Positions 40,583 through 51,108 of a stretch of 64,000 nucleotides of DNA are shown one piece after another. How positions within the stretch are numbered: position 1 is the stretch's first letter; each line of letters begins with the position of its first letter. Under the pieces are notes generated by a model, which was given only the letters and a program-made list of their open reading frames with translations, had not been told where the DNA came from and did no database searches. Both the position numbers and the translations under genes were made by a program. This DNA comes from an uncultured archaeon (lineage in GTDB: Archaea > Asgardarchaeota > Lokiarchaeia > Sigyniarchaeales > SOKP01), in the NCBI GenBank assembly GCA_964486045.1, contig CAZALK010000009.1:128001-192000 (forward strand), read 5' to 3'.

Positions 40583-41569
40583 TTACTTGTCTACGTCTTT
40601 TAATATCATCTTTAATTGAACCAGATCTTTTGCCACACTCAATCGAGTTCTTATATCTGTAGATTTTTCAATACTTTTTGTCAACCAAATAGCATTTCTC
40701 TTCAATTCAACAAATTTATATTTTTCATTCCCAAAAGAATATGAAATGTCATCAATAAAATTATCAATGACATTCTCATAAATTTTAAAATTCTTCCTTA
40801 AAAGATCTCCATTATTCCAAAAAAAAACTTCCTTCCCCTTTGTTAAATATTCATCAATTTGATGAAAAATCATTGGATTCCCCATTGATTCTCTTCCTAT
40901 CATTAAAGCATCAACTTTAGTGTAATCAATAAACTGTTTAGCAGTTTGAGGATTTGAAATATCACCATTTCCTACTAATGGAATTGTTAACAATTCTTTC
41001 AATTTTTTTACAGTATTCAGGTCCAGAGATCCTTCAAGAAAATTGCTTTTCACAGTTCTCGCATGGATAATTAAGAAGTCTATACCGGAATCGTTTACAA
41101 TCTTTGAAAAAATATCAATGTTCATTGGTTGTGCGTAACCCGTTCTCACTTTTAGCGAAATTGGTCTAGAGGAATTGTTAACGGCAACCTGAAGTAATTC
41201 TTTTAATCGTTCTAAATCTTTCAACAAATAACCACCCTCACCTGCATTAATAGCTCTACGTGATGGACAACCTGCATTAAGATCTAAGACATCATATTTA
41301 TAGCTTTCAAGAAAATCAATAGATGTTTTAAGAGCATTCAAATCAGATCCTATAAGTTGTATGCTTATAGGATGTTCTTCTTCTATTTTACGCAATTCAT
41401 GTTCATTTAATTTTGAGTTTTTAGTAAAACTCTTAGTATAGATCATTGGCACACTAACTAATCCAATTTTTTGAAATTTTCTACAGAATCTTCTATAGGG
41501 GGCTGTGGTGACTCTTTGCATTGGTGCTAAAATATACCTGTTTGCAAGATTAAGAGTTCCTAATTTCAT
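40583..41569 (-). CDS. dus: tRNA-dihydrouridine synthase
   Basis: LAPM, DLNAGCP, SLKVR, HART, GNGDI, MIGR. Confidence 0.92.
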   Translation of the reverse strand: MKLGTLNLANRYILAPMQRVTTAPYRRFCRKFQKIGLVSVPMIYTKSFTKNSKLNEHELRKIEEEHPISIQLIGSDLNALKTSIDFLESYKYDVLDLNAGCPSRRAINAGEGGYLLKDLERLKELLQVAVNNSSRPISLKVRTGYAQPMNIDIFSKIVNDSGIDFLIIHARTVKSNFLEGSLDLNTVKKLKELLTIPLVGNGDISNPQTAKQFIDYTKVDALMIGRESMGNPMIFHQIDEYLTKGKEVFFWNNGDLLRKNFKIYENVIDNFIDDISYSFGNEKYKFVELKRNAIWLTKSIEKSTDIRTRLSVAKDLVQLKMILKDVDK

Positions 41570-41677
41570 TGGTTTGAATTTAATGCTTTAGTTTTATTTC
41601 TAAATTATTATCATGAAATTTTTTTATGGATTCAAGATTACTTAATTTAAAAACACCTTGATATATTAATTTGTAAA

Positions 41678-42175
41678 ATGTCAGATTATATTAAAAAATT
41701 TGAATTTAAAGAAAATCATAATGAAATTACTTATATCGAAGAACCCCCAATCGAACTCAATGAAGATTTTGTATTCTATCATAACAAAAGTAAAGTAAGA
41801 AAGGAATTAAACTCGCTTCAATATCTTTTTAAGTCTTTTACGAAAAATCCTCTTTTAGCTCTTGGAATTCAGGATTCCTTCCTGAAAAAAGAATATACTG
41901 ATAAGTACTTTATCATATTGTTTACTACTTCTGAACATGTCAAAAATACGAACGGGATCATAGCTGAATATATTGACATTGAAATTAATCAGGGGTGTTT
42001 TTATCTAGTAACAACCTCAGATTATATGTTACTTTTAACTGAAGACATGGACGGATTAAAATCAGGCGCAAATATAATGGAAGAGATTTTAAATCAAGTT
42101 TTAGATGATTACTTCACTAAAAAGCAGTTTAATGATTTTATTAAAATCCGGCAGTTTAGAATAAACAAATGTTAA
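41678..42175 (+). CDS. Hypothetical protein (possible GH20 domain-2-like fold)
   Basis: 165-aa ORF; FYL..LL..D..GL..G pattern. Confidence 0.55.
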   Translation: MSDYIKKFEFKENHNEITYIEEPPIELNEDFVFYHNKSKVRKELNSLQYLFKSFTKNPLLALGIQDSFLKKEYTDKYFIILFTTSEHVKNTNGIIAEYIDIEINQGCFYLVTTSDYMLLLTEDMDGLKSGANIMEEILNQVLDDYFTKKQFNDFIKIRQFRINKC

Positions 42176-42199
42176 ATATTTTAGATAAAGAATATTAAA

Positions 42200-43921
42200 T
42201 TAACTAGTAAACTTCCAAGGTTTTTGTTTCTTAAGTTTATAGGCTTTCTCTGCATACTCCATGCACATTCTGTGCGTATTAAAATAAGCCGCGAGTGATA
42301 TTGCATTCTTTTGCTTAAAGATCCATTCATCGTGGTTCATGTAGGTTGGGATAACTTCATTCTCTAAAATATTATATAATGCGGTGGAATCGATATCCCA
42401 ATTATTTGAAACACCCGGATCATCTGGATTTGAATCATCAGGGCCAATCGCCCATCCTGCGTTAGGTTGTCTTTTAATACCTTCAAGCCACCAACCATCT
42501 TGAACCGATAAATTTAACACTCCATTTAAGGCTGCCTTCATCCCACTTGTACCACTTGCTTCTCGGTATCTTTCAGGAGTATTTAACCAAACGTCGACTC
42601 CAGATACAAGCATGTGAGAGAGATCCATATTATAATTTTCCATCATCACAACCTTTACTCCATAGTTATCATAAAGATATTCACCTTTTTCATGAATTTC
42701 CTTGATGTAATTTTTACCCATTGTATCTTTAGGGTGAGCCTTACCAGCAAAAATGAATTGGAGATGACCTTTAGCTATTTTACCCAATCTATCTATGTCG
42801 TGAAATATTAAGACTGCACGCTTGTAAGTTGCAAAACGCCTACCAAATCCAATCGTTATAAGTTCTTCATCCAGTAAGTTCCATGAATGTCCTTTTTGAT
42901 AACTTATCAAATTAAATTTATTTTTAATATGAGCGTCGTACAAATCAAGGTCATCAATTTCTAGAGCATTCTCAAGAACCGATGGATTCGCTCTCCAATT
43001 TGGCCATTTTCGACCAAATATTTTTCTGAAGGGTTTTGATACCCAGAAGGGTAAGTGGATTCCGTTTGTTATATGATCAATTTCATATTGAGGGAACATT
43101 TTTCTCGAAATATCTCCATGCTTTTTTGCAACACCATTTCTATATCTAGAAAGCGCCATTCCTAAAAATGTCATATTAAATTCTCCATTATCATCAGCAA
43201 GTTTTCTAACTTCTGGAGGCATTCTATCTTCGAAAACTTTATTAACTAAATCTTGTTTAAAACGATCATGACCTGCAGGAACAGGAGTATGAGTTGTAAA
43301 CGCTACTTTTTCTTTTACTTTTTCAATGTCACCATTCATCATGTTGTATAATTCAACCATTGCGAAGGATCCGTGACCTTCATTAAGATGATATGTTTCA
43401 ATATTGTTAAATCCCAAGAATTTTAAAAGTCTTACCCCTCCTATACCTAGTATCATTTCTTGTACAATTCTGTTCCATCGGGAAGTAGAATCATAAAGAG
43501 AACCAGTCATATTCTTCATCCAATCTTCATTTCCTTCAATATCCGTAGTTAAAAGGTATATAGGGAGAATATGCCCAGATTGACCGATTACATTATACTG
43601 CCATGCTGATATTTTTATATCCTTGTTTTCTATTTTCATAGTTATAGGATGTGAAACCCTATCAAATTCATAAAAGAAGTTCCATTCAATTTCACGCTCT
43701 TTTTGTTCACCAAACTCATTAAAAAACTGATAAAAGTAACCCGAACTGTAGCATAAACAAATTCCAACCATTGGTAATTCTAAATCTGCTGCAGATCTTA
43801 TAGTGTCTCCAGATAGCACTCCTAAACCTCCACTATATGTTGGAATATTGCTATCGACTCCAATTTCCATGGAGATATAAGCGACTGTGGTGTTATTTTT
43901 TAGATCTTTGTCCACATCCAT
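42200..43921 (-). CDS. glgP: Alpha-glucan phosphorylase
   Basis: YSGGLGVLSGD, HLNEGH, FTTHTPVPAGHD, RRFATYKR, EASGTSGMK. Confidence 0.95.
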   Translation of the reverse strand: MDVDKDLKNNTTVAYISMEIGVDSNIPTYSGGLGVLSGDTIRSAADLELPMVGICLCYSSGYFYQFFNEFGEQKEREIEWNFFYEFDRVSHPITMKIENKDIKISAWQYNVIGQSGHILPIYLLTTDIEGNEDWMKNMTGSLYDSTSRWNRIVQEMILGIGGVRLLKFLGFNNIETYHLNEGHGSFAMVELYNMMNGDIEKVKEKVAFTTHTPVPAGHDRFKQDLVNKVFEDRMPPEVRKLADDNGEFNMTFLGMALSRYRNGVAKKHGDISRKMFPQYEIDHITNGIHLPFWVSKPFRKIFGRKWPNWRANPSVLENALEIDDLDLYDAHIKNKFNLISYQKGHSWNLLDEELITIGFGRRFATYKRAVLIFHDIDRLGKIAKGHLQFIFAGKAHPKDTMGKNYIKEIHEKGEYLYDNYGVKVVMMENYNMDLSHMLVSGVDVWLNTPERYREASGTSGMKAALNGVLNLSVQDGWWLEGIKRQPNAGWAIGPDDSNPDDPGVSNNWDIDSTALYNILENEVIPTYMNHDEWIFKQKNAISLAAYFNTHRMCMEYAEKAYKLKKQKPWKFTS

Positions 43922-44077
43922 ATTTTTTCACAATCTTAAAGTTTTAAATTTAATCTATACAAATCAATCCAGAATTTTATATATTAGTGTTAAAAACCAT
44001 AATTTAAAATCTTATCTTATTAAAAACTGACATATGATAATGAACATAAACAAAAAAAAGGTTTATAAATAAGATAT

Positions 44078-44962
44078 TCATTTCATTTTAGCTATATCTT
44101 CATTCATTCGTCGCCTAAGTGCTTCAAAGTCTTCAATACCTAATCTTTTTCCCATTTCCTCTGAATTTGTTTGATTTTCAAAAAAATCTCTCCCCCCTAT
44201 CAACCCTCCATCAACTACTAATGGGTGTCCACTAACAAAAGCAGAATCATCACTCGCTAACCATAGTACTGCTTTTGCGATATCTTCTGGAAGACCAGCA
44301 CGTTTTATTGGTTGCAGTCCAGCAAGATACATTTTCATACCTTCTTTAAATCTTTCAGCCTTATCCTGTTCAAAACCGAGACTTTTTCCAAAGATAGCTG
44401 TGGCTATTCCCCCAGGACAAATACAATTAACACGAATGTTAAATTCTCCTAATTCCATAGCTACTGTTCGAGTTAAATGAATAATTGCAGCTTTAGCGGA
44501 ACTATATACATGTCCTGCTAGACCAGTCCGAAGACCTGCTGTGCTCGCAGTGCTAATAATGCTTCCCGAACCTTGTTCTTTCATAATCGGAGCTGCATGC
44601 TTCATCCCAAGAAAGACACTGCGAAACATTATTTCCATTGTGACATCGAAGCCATCAGTGGGAATCTCATCAATAGGTCCACCAACGCCAGGAAATCCCG
44701 CATTGTTAAAAATACAGTCCAAACGCCCAAATCTCTCAACAGCAAGGTCGATAAGAGCCTTGATCTCAGATTCATTTCGAACATCTGTGTGAAGATATAT
44801 AGAATTAGGCCCAAGTTCTTCAGCGAGAGCTTCTCCTAAATTATCTTGAATATCTCCGAAAGCAACTCGCGCTCCCTCCTCAACAAATAGGCGAACAGAG
44901 GCATTTCCTATACCACTAGAGCCACCGGTAATTACGACAACTTTCCCATCAAGCCTACTCAA
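44078..44962 (-). CDS. Short-chain dehydrogenase/reductase
   Basis: TGGSSGIG, NNAG, YSSAK, RVNCICPG. Confidence 0.93.
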   Translation of the reverse strand: MSRLDGKVVVITGGSSGIGNASVRLFVEEGARVAFGDIQDNLGEALAEELGPNSIYLHTDVRNESEIKALIDLAVERFGRLDCIFNNAGFPGVGGPIDEIPTDGFDVTMEIMFRSVFLGMKHAAPIMKEQGSGSIISTASTAGLRTGLAGHVYSSAKAAIIHLTRTVAMELGEFNIRVNCICPGGIATAIFGKSLGFEQDKAERFKEGMKMYLAGLQPIKRAGLPEDIAKAVLWLASDDSAFVSGHPLVVDGGLIGGRDFFENQTNSEEMGKRLGIEDFEALRRRMNEDIAKMK

Positions 44963-45093
44963 ATTTTTCCATCTCTTTTTCAGTTATACATTTTAGAATT
45001 TACTTTTAATTTATTTAATATCATTTGAATTTACAAATTATTATAGATTTACTTTGTAAACAGATTTAAAAAAGAAAAGAGTAAAAATAGAAA

Positions 45094-45747
45094 TTATACT
45101 TTTAGCGACTTATCACTTAGGATTTCAACTTTTATGTTAGGATCCTTTTTATTCAGTAGTTCTTTAAATTCATTCATATCCTTTCCCCAATTATGCATAG
45201 GGACTGCGATTTCAGGCTTAATGTCAACAGCACAATCGGTAGCCTCATCAAAATCCATCGTATACGTACCTCCACAGGGGAGTAATGCTACAGTAATGTT
45301 CTTGTCTGCCAAATCCTTCATTTCAGGGATTCTTTCAGTATCACCTGCATGATAAACACTTTTACCCCCTGACCTTACAATTGTACCAGCCCACCCACTT
45401 GATTTAGGGTGGTTTGATTTTTTTACATTATACGAAGGTATAAGTTCGATTGAAAGATCCTTATAATCAAAAGAATCACCTAATCTAATCCCTTGACCAT
45501 CAAATTTTTTCAAATTGCTTGAAATACTCTCGGGGCCTAATACAACAGTATCGTCTTTCATTAATTTCTTTATACTTCCAGAATCAAAATGGTCAGGATG
45601 AGAATGAGATGAAACTATGATATCTGCTTTCTCTTCACCATCTTTTATCTGGTAGGGATCTAAATAAATAACTCTTCCACTACCGGTTTTAACTCTAAAA
45701 GCTGCATGTCCTAACCACTCAATTTGAAGTTGATAATCATCTCCCAT
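45094..45747 (-). CDS. MBL-fold metallo-hydrolase
   Basis: WLGHA, SHSHPDH, YHAGDT, PMH. Confidence 0.92.
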   Translation of the reverse strand: MGDDYQLQIEWLGHAAFRVKTGSGRVIYLDPYQIKDGEEKADIIVSSHSHPDHFDSGSIKKLMKDDTVVLGPESISSNLKKFDGQGIRLGDSFDYKDLSIELIPSYNVKKSNHPKSSGWAGTIVRSGGKSVYHAGDTERIPEMKDLADKNITVALLPCGGTYTMDFDEATDCAVDIKPEIAVPMHNWGKDMNEFKELLNKKDPNIKVEILSDKSLKV

Positions 45748-45872
45748 TTAATTCACCTCTTAAATATTTTACAGATCAATTTATAATTTATTATTATGAT
45801 TTAATCCTTTAAATTACTAACGTAAAAAGAATAAAACAAAATGAATTACTGTACAATCTTATTTAAGAGAAA

Positions 45873-46241
45873 CTACTCTTCTTCTTCAAACTGCCATTCA
45901 GGGTTTTCGAGCGGAATTTTCTTGGAAATCCCGTAATTATCATCTTTTGAGATATCTAACTCTTTTGCTCTTTCAAGGAATAATCTATTTACAAAATTGG
46001 GGACTTCATTTATGAATGGTGGTTTAGGTATAAGATTAAGAGAAGGATGAGTAATATTCAATTTTTTTACGGTTATTTCTTTTGAGAATATATCTTTAAG
46101 TCGATTGTCTTTTTTGAAAATAGGGCTTTCGATCTTGAAAGCGGGTGACTTCAAGCTCTTAATGGAATTAATTGGTAAAGTAGATTTTACAATTCGGCAA
46201 GTTGGACAATTATTTTCATCTAAACCATGTACACAAGTCAT
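45873..46241 (-). CDS. Hypothetical protein with N-terminal CxHG...CxxC motif
   Basis: MTCVHGLDENNCPTC. Confidence 0.6.
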   Translation of the reverse strand: MTCVHGLDENNCPTCRIVKSTLPINSIKSLKSPAFKIESPIFKKDNRLKDIFSKEITVKKLNITHPSLNLIPKPPFINEVPNFVNRLFLERAKELDISKDDNYGISKKIPLENPEWQFEEEE

Positions 46242-46486
46242 TTTTCTAAACACTCTTAGTTTTTTTGAATTCTTAGTATTTCGAATTAATTGTATCTTTT
46301 AATTTTTTTCATTATAATTTCTTAGCAATCGAACCTTCTCAGATCAGAAATCTAGTTTCATGAAATTCCAAATTCGATATTATTTTTTATAAACTTTATA
46401 AATTTAAGCTAACTTTAATTAATATTTAACCAACAAATTTACAAAATGTAATCTAATTGATATAAATCATGAAAAGTGTAATTAAG

Positions 46487-48253
46487 ATGGCAGAATGGCA
46501 AGTTGACGAAGATAAAGCTTGGTTTAAGAAATGGTGGCCCAAAGATACTCCAAAAAACCATAAGTTTGAAAAAATCTCATTAGGAGAGTTTTTTGATAGA
46601 CAAAGAAAGAAGTATGCTAATGATAATATGATGTGGTTTCTAGAATCATGGATGACATATGAGGAAGCAGGGCAAGCCATTGATTCTTTAGCGACCGCAC
46701 TCCATAATCTAGGAATAAAGAAAGGAGATGTTATTGCGTTTTTGATGCCAAATAGTTTTCAATACGTGATATCCTTTTATGCAACTCTTAAAATAGGTGC
46801 AATAGCTACGGGAGTTAATCCAACTTACAAATCATTAGAGGTATTACATCACCTTAAATTAACTGGTGCTAAAGTACTAATAGCACTAGACGCATTGTTT
46901 GAAGAATTAGTCCATCCAATTATTAGCAAAACAAATATAGAGATGGTAATTTATACAAATATTGCTGATTTAGCATCAGGGATCCCCGGATTCAAGAAAG
47001 TATTAGGAAAGTTGATTGGAAAGATACCCAAAGGGAAAGTTGATTTTCCAAGCGCGATTAAGTTCTCAGATCTCCTTTTAACAGAACCAGATCTTCCAAA
47101 AGTAGATTTTGATCCATTTGAACACACTGCGACATATATAATGACTGGTGGAACAACTGGAGTGCCCAAAGCTACAATATTGACACATTTTAACTTAGTT
47201 TCGAATTCAACTCAGGCTATGTTATGGGTTGGGGGAGAAGACCCAGGTGTGGGGGTTATTGGAGCATTACCTTTATTTCATTCGTTTGCTATGACAGCGG
47301 TTATGAATGTGGCAATAACTTTGGGTGGGTGGATGATGTTGTTTCCAAGGCCACCTCCAACTGAAGAGTTTTTAAAAGAAATCACCCATATTCCGGCTCC
47401 TAATGGATTATTTTATGCTGGTGCAGAAATACTCTTTAAAAGAATTGCCGATTTCCCTCATTTAGAAAAGTTTCCAGAATTAATGGGTAGATTGAAGCTT
47501 TCAATTTCAGGAGCAGGACCTTTACACGCTCCCGTTCGAGATTCTTTTGAAAAAAATACTGGTGGTCGCATAGTTGAAGGATATGGACTTTCAGAAGCAA
47601 GTCCTGTTGTAAGCGGGGGAAATTTATTTGGTGAAAGTCCTGTGGGTACAATTGGAATGCCCTTTCCGGGTACTGATTGGGGGATTTTCGATGTGGATGA
47701 CTTTTCGAAAGGACCAATAGCAGATGGATCTAAAGATTCAAAATATGGTGAAGACAACACAGGTGAGTTGTGTGTGTGCGGACCTCAAGTAATGAAAGGT
47801 TATTTAGGTCAGCCAGAAGAGACAGAAGATACTCTAAAAGCATGGGATGATCGAACTTGGTTACTTACGGGAGATATTGGATTTATGAATAAAGATGGAA
47901 CTGTAGCTCTTAGAGATAGAAAGAAGCAATTAATTAAGGTTGCAGGTCATTCTGTCTATCCCGCAGAAGTTGAGACTATGCTTATGAGCAATGATGCTGT
48001 ATCAGAAGCAGCAGTTGCAGGTTTACCCGACCCAAAAGGAAAAGTTGGAGAAATAACGAAAGCGTGGGTTGCTCTAAATCCGGAGTATGAAGGTAAAATA
48101 ACTGAAGAAGAACTAATAAAATGGACAGAGAAAAACATGACAAAGTGGAAATGTCCTGCCATGATAGAATTCATTGACGAAGTCCCAAAAAATATACTCG
48201 GAAAAATTCAACGTCGAGTTCTACAGGAAGCAGATCCATTATATAAGAAATAA
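46487..48253 (+). CDS. Long-chain fatty acid-CoA ligase
   Basis: MTGGTTGVPK, EGYGLSE, GPQVMKGY, TGD, DRKK, GKI. Confidence 0.93.
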   Translation: MAEWQVDEDKAWFKKWWPKDTPKNHKFEKISLGEFFDRQRKKYANDNMMWFLESWMTYEEAGQAIDSLATALHNLGIKKGDVIAFLMPNSFQYVISFYATLKIGAIATGVNPTYKSLEVLHHLKLTGAKVLIALDALFEELVHPIISKTNIEMVIYTNIADLASGIPGFKKVLGKLIGKIPKGKVDFPSAIKFSDLLLTEPDLPKVDFDPFEHTATYIMTGGTTGVPKATILTHFNLVSNSTQAMLWVGGEDPGVGVIGALPLFHSFAMTAVMNVAITLGGWMMLFPRPPPTEEFLKEITHIPAPNGLFYAGAEILFKRIADFPHLEKFPELMGRLKLSISGAGPLHAPVRDSFEKNTGGRIVEGYGLSEASPVVSGGNLFGESPVGTIGMPFPGTDWGIFDVDDFSKGPIADGSKDSKYGEDNTGELCVCGPQVMKGYLGQPEETEDTLKAWDDRTWLLTGDIGFMNKDGTVALRDRKKQLIKVAGHSVYPAEVETMLMSNDAVSEAAVAGLPDPKGKVGEITKAWVALNPEYEGKITEEELIKWTEKNMTKWKCPAMIEFIDEVPKNILGKIQRRVLQEADPLYKK

Positions 48254-48403
48254 CCTATTTTTTTAATCTTTTTTTACTGTATACTGAATTTCTTAGAAGT
48301 TAAGTGGTTTATATAATTCCTTTGATCATTATTTGGAGACAATCAAAAATTTTTTTACTTAAATTTAATTAAATTAACCAAAGAATACTAAAATTCATCA
48401 ATT

Positions 48404-49546
48404 ATGACAAAAGGAATTATAATTTCTGGAGGGTGGGGCACCCGCTTACGACCTTTAACATGTACACTCCCCAAATCCTTAATTCCAGTAGTGAATAAAC
48501 CGGTGTTAGAGCGTCAGATATTATTACTGAAATCTGCTGGAATAACTGATATTATTTTAGCTGTAAGTGTGATGGCTGATGTATTAAAGAATTATTTCAA
48601 AGATGGTAAGGATTTAGGAGTAAAAATTCGATATACTGATGAAAGACACCCAATGGGGACCGCTGGCGCGATTAAATTAGCTGAGAATTACTTAAGTGAC
48701 GACAATTTCTTTATGTTGAACGGAGATGTTATCTTAAACTTTGATTTTAGACACCTGATTAAGGACCATAAAAAGTATAAGGGATTAGGTTTAATTGGTG
48801 GTAAAATAGTTGAAGACCCATCCAGATATGGGGTTTTAATCATTGAAGAGAAAACAAATAAAATCTTAAAATTTCTTGAAAAGGATGAGTATACAACTCC
48901 CGAAGGTAATTATAGTTCAATACCAGTAAACGCTGGTGTATATCTCTTAGAACCCGAAATTTTCAATTACATTGAACTGGGGAAAAAAATATCAATTGAA
49001 AGAGAAATTTTTCCTAAACTGGCATCTGAGGGACAATTATATTACTCTCTTATACCCGGAATATGGAAAGACATTGGAAATCCTGAAGAACTATTAGAGG
49101 GAAATATTCAACTAATGCAGGATATTTTGAAAGGTATTGATGAACTACCTAAAAACCTAATTGACGATAATTTTGATATTGAAGGTAAAGCTCTAATTTA
49201 TCCTCCTGTGACTATCGGGAAGAACGTTACAATACGAAGTAATTGTGAAATAGGTCCAAATGTTATTGTCGGAAATAATGTATATATCGGTGAAAACACA
49301 AAAATAAAAGAAACATTGATCTATAATGAAACTTACATTTCTAAAAACGTAAATATTGACAAGGCTATTATATCTGATAATTGCTTTATTCATAACGGAG
49401 TAATTCTTAAGGGAAAAGATAAAAACCTAGTCATATTAGCCTCCTACGTGGAAGTACTTGAAAATGTTGATCTAAATGCACCTTCAAATAATTCTTTAAC
49501 AGTATGTCATCATGAAACTGTGAGAAAAGATTTTGAGGTCAGTTAA
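48404..49546 (+). CDS. NDP-sugar pyrophosphorylase (mannose-1-P guanylyltransferase-like) with LbH domain
   Basis: GGWGTRLRPLT..PK, GTAGAIK, NGD, WKDIG, hexapeptide repeats. Confidence 0.9.
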   Translation: MTKGIIISGGWGTRLRPLTCTLPKSLIPVVNKPVLERQILLLKSAGITDIILAVSVMADVLKNYFKDGKDLGVKIRYTDERHPMGTAGAIKLAENYLSDDNFFMLNGDVILNFDFRHLIKDHKKYKGLGLIGGKIVEDPSRYGVLIIEEKTNKILKFLEKDEYTTPEGNYSSIPVNAGVYLLEPEIFNYIELGKKISIEREIFPKLASEGQLYYSLIPGIWKDIGNPEELLEGNIQLMQDILKGIDELPKNLIDDNFDIEGKALIYPPVTIGKNVTIRSNCEIGPNVIVGNNVYIGENTKIKETLIYNETYISKNVNIDKAIISDNCFIHNGVILKGKDKNLVILASYVEVLENVDLNAPSNNSLTVCHHETVRKDFEVS

Positions 49547-50910
49547 ATTTCAGCACGGAGTTTTATAATCTTTTTCTTCAATTTCTTTATTCGAGAATCA
49601 GATATATTAAAGATAAGGAAACTTTCTAATATTTTTAGAGCCTTTTGATAATTATTAATACTGTTTAAATAATCTGAGTTCTTTTCAGCGTTTTCCCCTG
49701 CTTTAAGAACAAATTCTAATTCTAACTGCTTCTCTTTATTTTCAAGGTCTAATAACTGTTGTGAGATTTTGCTGATATCATCTTTAAAGTTAAATTCTCT
49801 GGCTAAATAAAGAGCTTTTTTATATTCTTTTGCTGCTATCTGGTATGCTAGAGTCTTCTCCGCATTTTTACCATTTTTAATGGCCTTTCTAATCAGATGC
49901 TTTGCTGAATTCTGACTTATTTCCCCTGTTTGAAGGTCTTCGATTTGTGAATTATCGGTAATTATGGAAGAAATTGATTTATATTTAGTCATTTTTTCTG
50001 ATATTGCTTCCTGCTTCAATTCAATATCATTGGCTACAGTTTCCAGATTTGTTGAAATAATAATTCCATTTTCTATAAGCTGATATATTTCATAAAGAAT
50101 TATGTTCGCATCGAGATTCACTATTTTCTTGACTCTTTTTAATAAATTGTTAATAAACAAAAACTGTTTGGAAACAAGAAGTTCTTTTGCTAAATTTACT
50201 ATTGCTTTTTGAATTTGGTTTTCATTAATTTTTTCAATATTGTTCGGAGGTATACTGTGTACTAGAGACATAGGGAATACTAACGTAATTTTTAATGCAT
50301 CTACTAAGTATTCAATCATATTGTCAGCATTAAAAGATCCAGATTTCTTAAAATTTGTAATTTGTTTATTAAAAATTTCTTCATATTCCTGTAGAAATTG
50401 AAGCACATCAGTTCGCATATTATTAGAAGCTTGTTGATCGAGAATCAAACAAAGTCTAATAAAATTTCCATCTTTAAGTAATATATTGAAATTTTGATAT
50501 TGGAATTCATAAAATTGACGGTTCTTCGCATACCTTGAGCCATTAAGTGAAACTTTCTCCGATTCTGAAAAAGTAATGTTTGCTTGAATGAATCCACTTA
50601 ATAAATCTGCATCTACCTCCGCACCTAAAACAGAGTAATTTAGTAATTGTAAACCTGAGTCTTTATCGATTAATAGAATGTGTCTTATATTCAAAACATC
50701 TAAAAATTTCTGCCATATTAATTCTCTTTCTACTTGAAGGTGTTTTTCATAGGAGTCTAACTCAAAAACCTTAAAATTTGAATCAATCTCAAAACCTAGT
50801 TCTTTAATCTTCTTTTTAAGGCATGACATACAATATTTAGGGTACTTTTGGCACTTAGATTTACTCGTTCCACAATTAAATCCCAAGCGATTAAGTTCAA
50901 AATAAACCAT
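49543..50910 (-). CDS. Asgard protein with longin-like domain and C-terminal TPR-like helices
   Basis: HILLIDKDSGLQL..DLLSGFIQANITF; A..EYKKAL and NYQKAL repeats. Confidence 0.6.
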   Translation of the reverse strand: MVYFELNRLGFNCGTSKSKCQKYPKYCMSCLKKKIKELGFEIDSNFKVFELDSYEKHLQVERELIWQKFLDVLNIRHILLIDKDSGLQLLNYSVLGAEVDADLLSGFIQANITFSESEKVSLNGSRYAKNRQFYEFQYQNFNILLKDGNFIRLCLILDQQASNNMRTDVLQFLQEYEEIFNKQITNFKKSGSFNADNMIEYLVDALKITLVFPMSLVHSIPPNNIEKINENQIQKAIVNLAKELLVSKQFLFINNLLKRVKKIVNLDANIILYEIYQLIENGIIISTNLETVANDIELKQEAISEKMTKYKSISSIITDNSQIEDLQTGEISQNSAKHLIRKAIKNGKNAEKTLAYQIAAKEYKKALYLAREFNFKDDISKISQQLLDLENKEKQLELEFVLKAGENAEKNSDYLNSINNYQKALKILESFLIFNISDSRIKKLKKKIIKLRAEI

Positions 50911-51108
50911 AAAAACCCCAAAAAGATTAGAAGTTGACTAATTCCTATATTTTCCTTATAAGGATTTAAGTAGATTTTGACCATTTAAAATTGAGTATTT
51001 AAAGTATGAGTACTCTTTGATAACACGAAATATTTATAATATCAATTTACAATTTATAAACTACGAACATATGGGATTAAATATACTTATGTCCGAAGGA
51101 TGAATTAA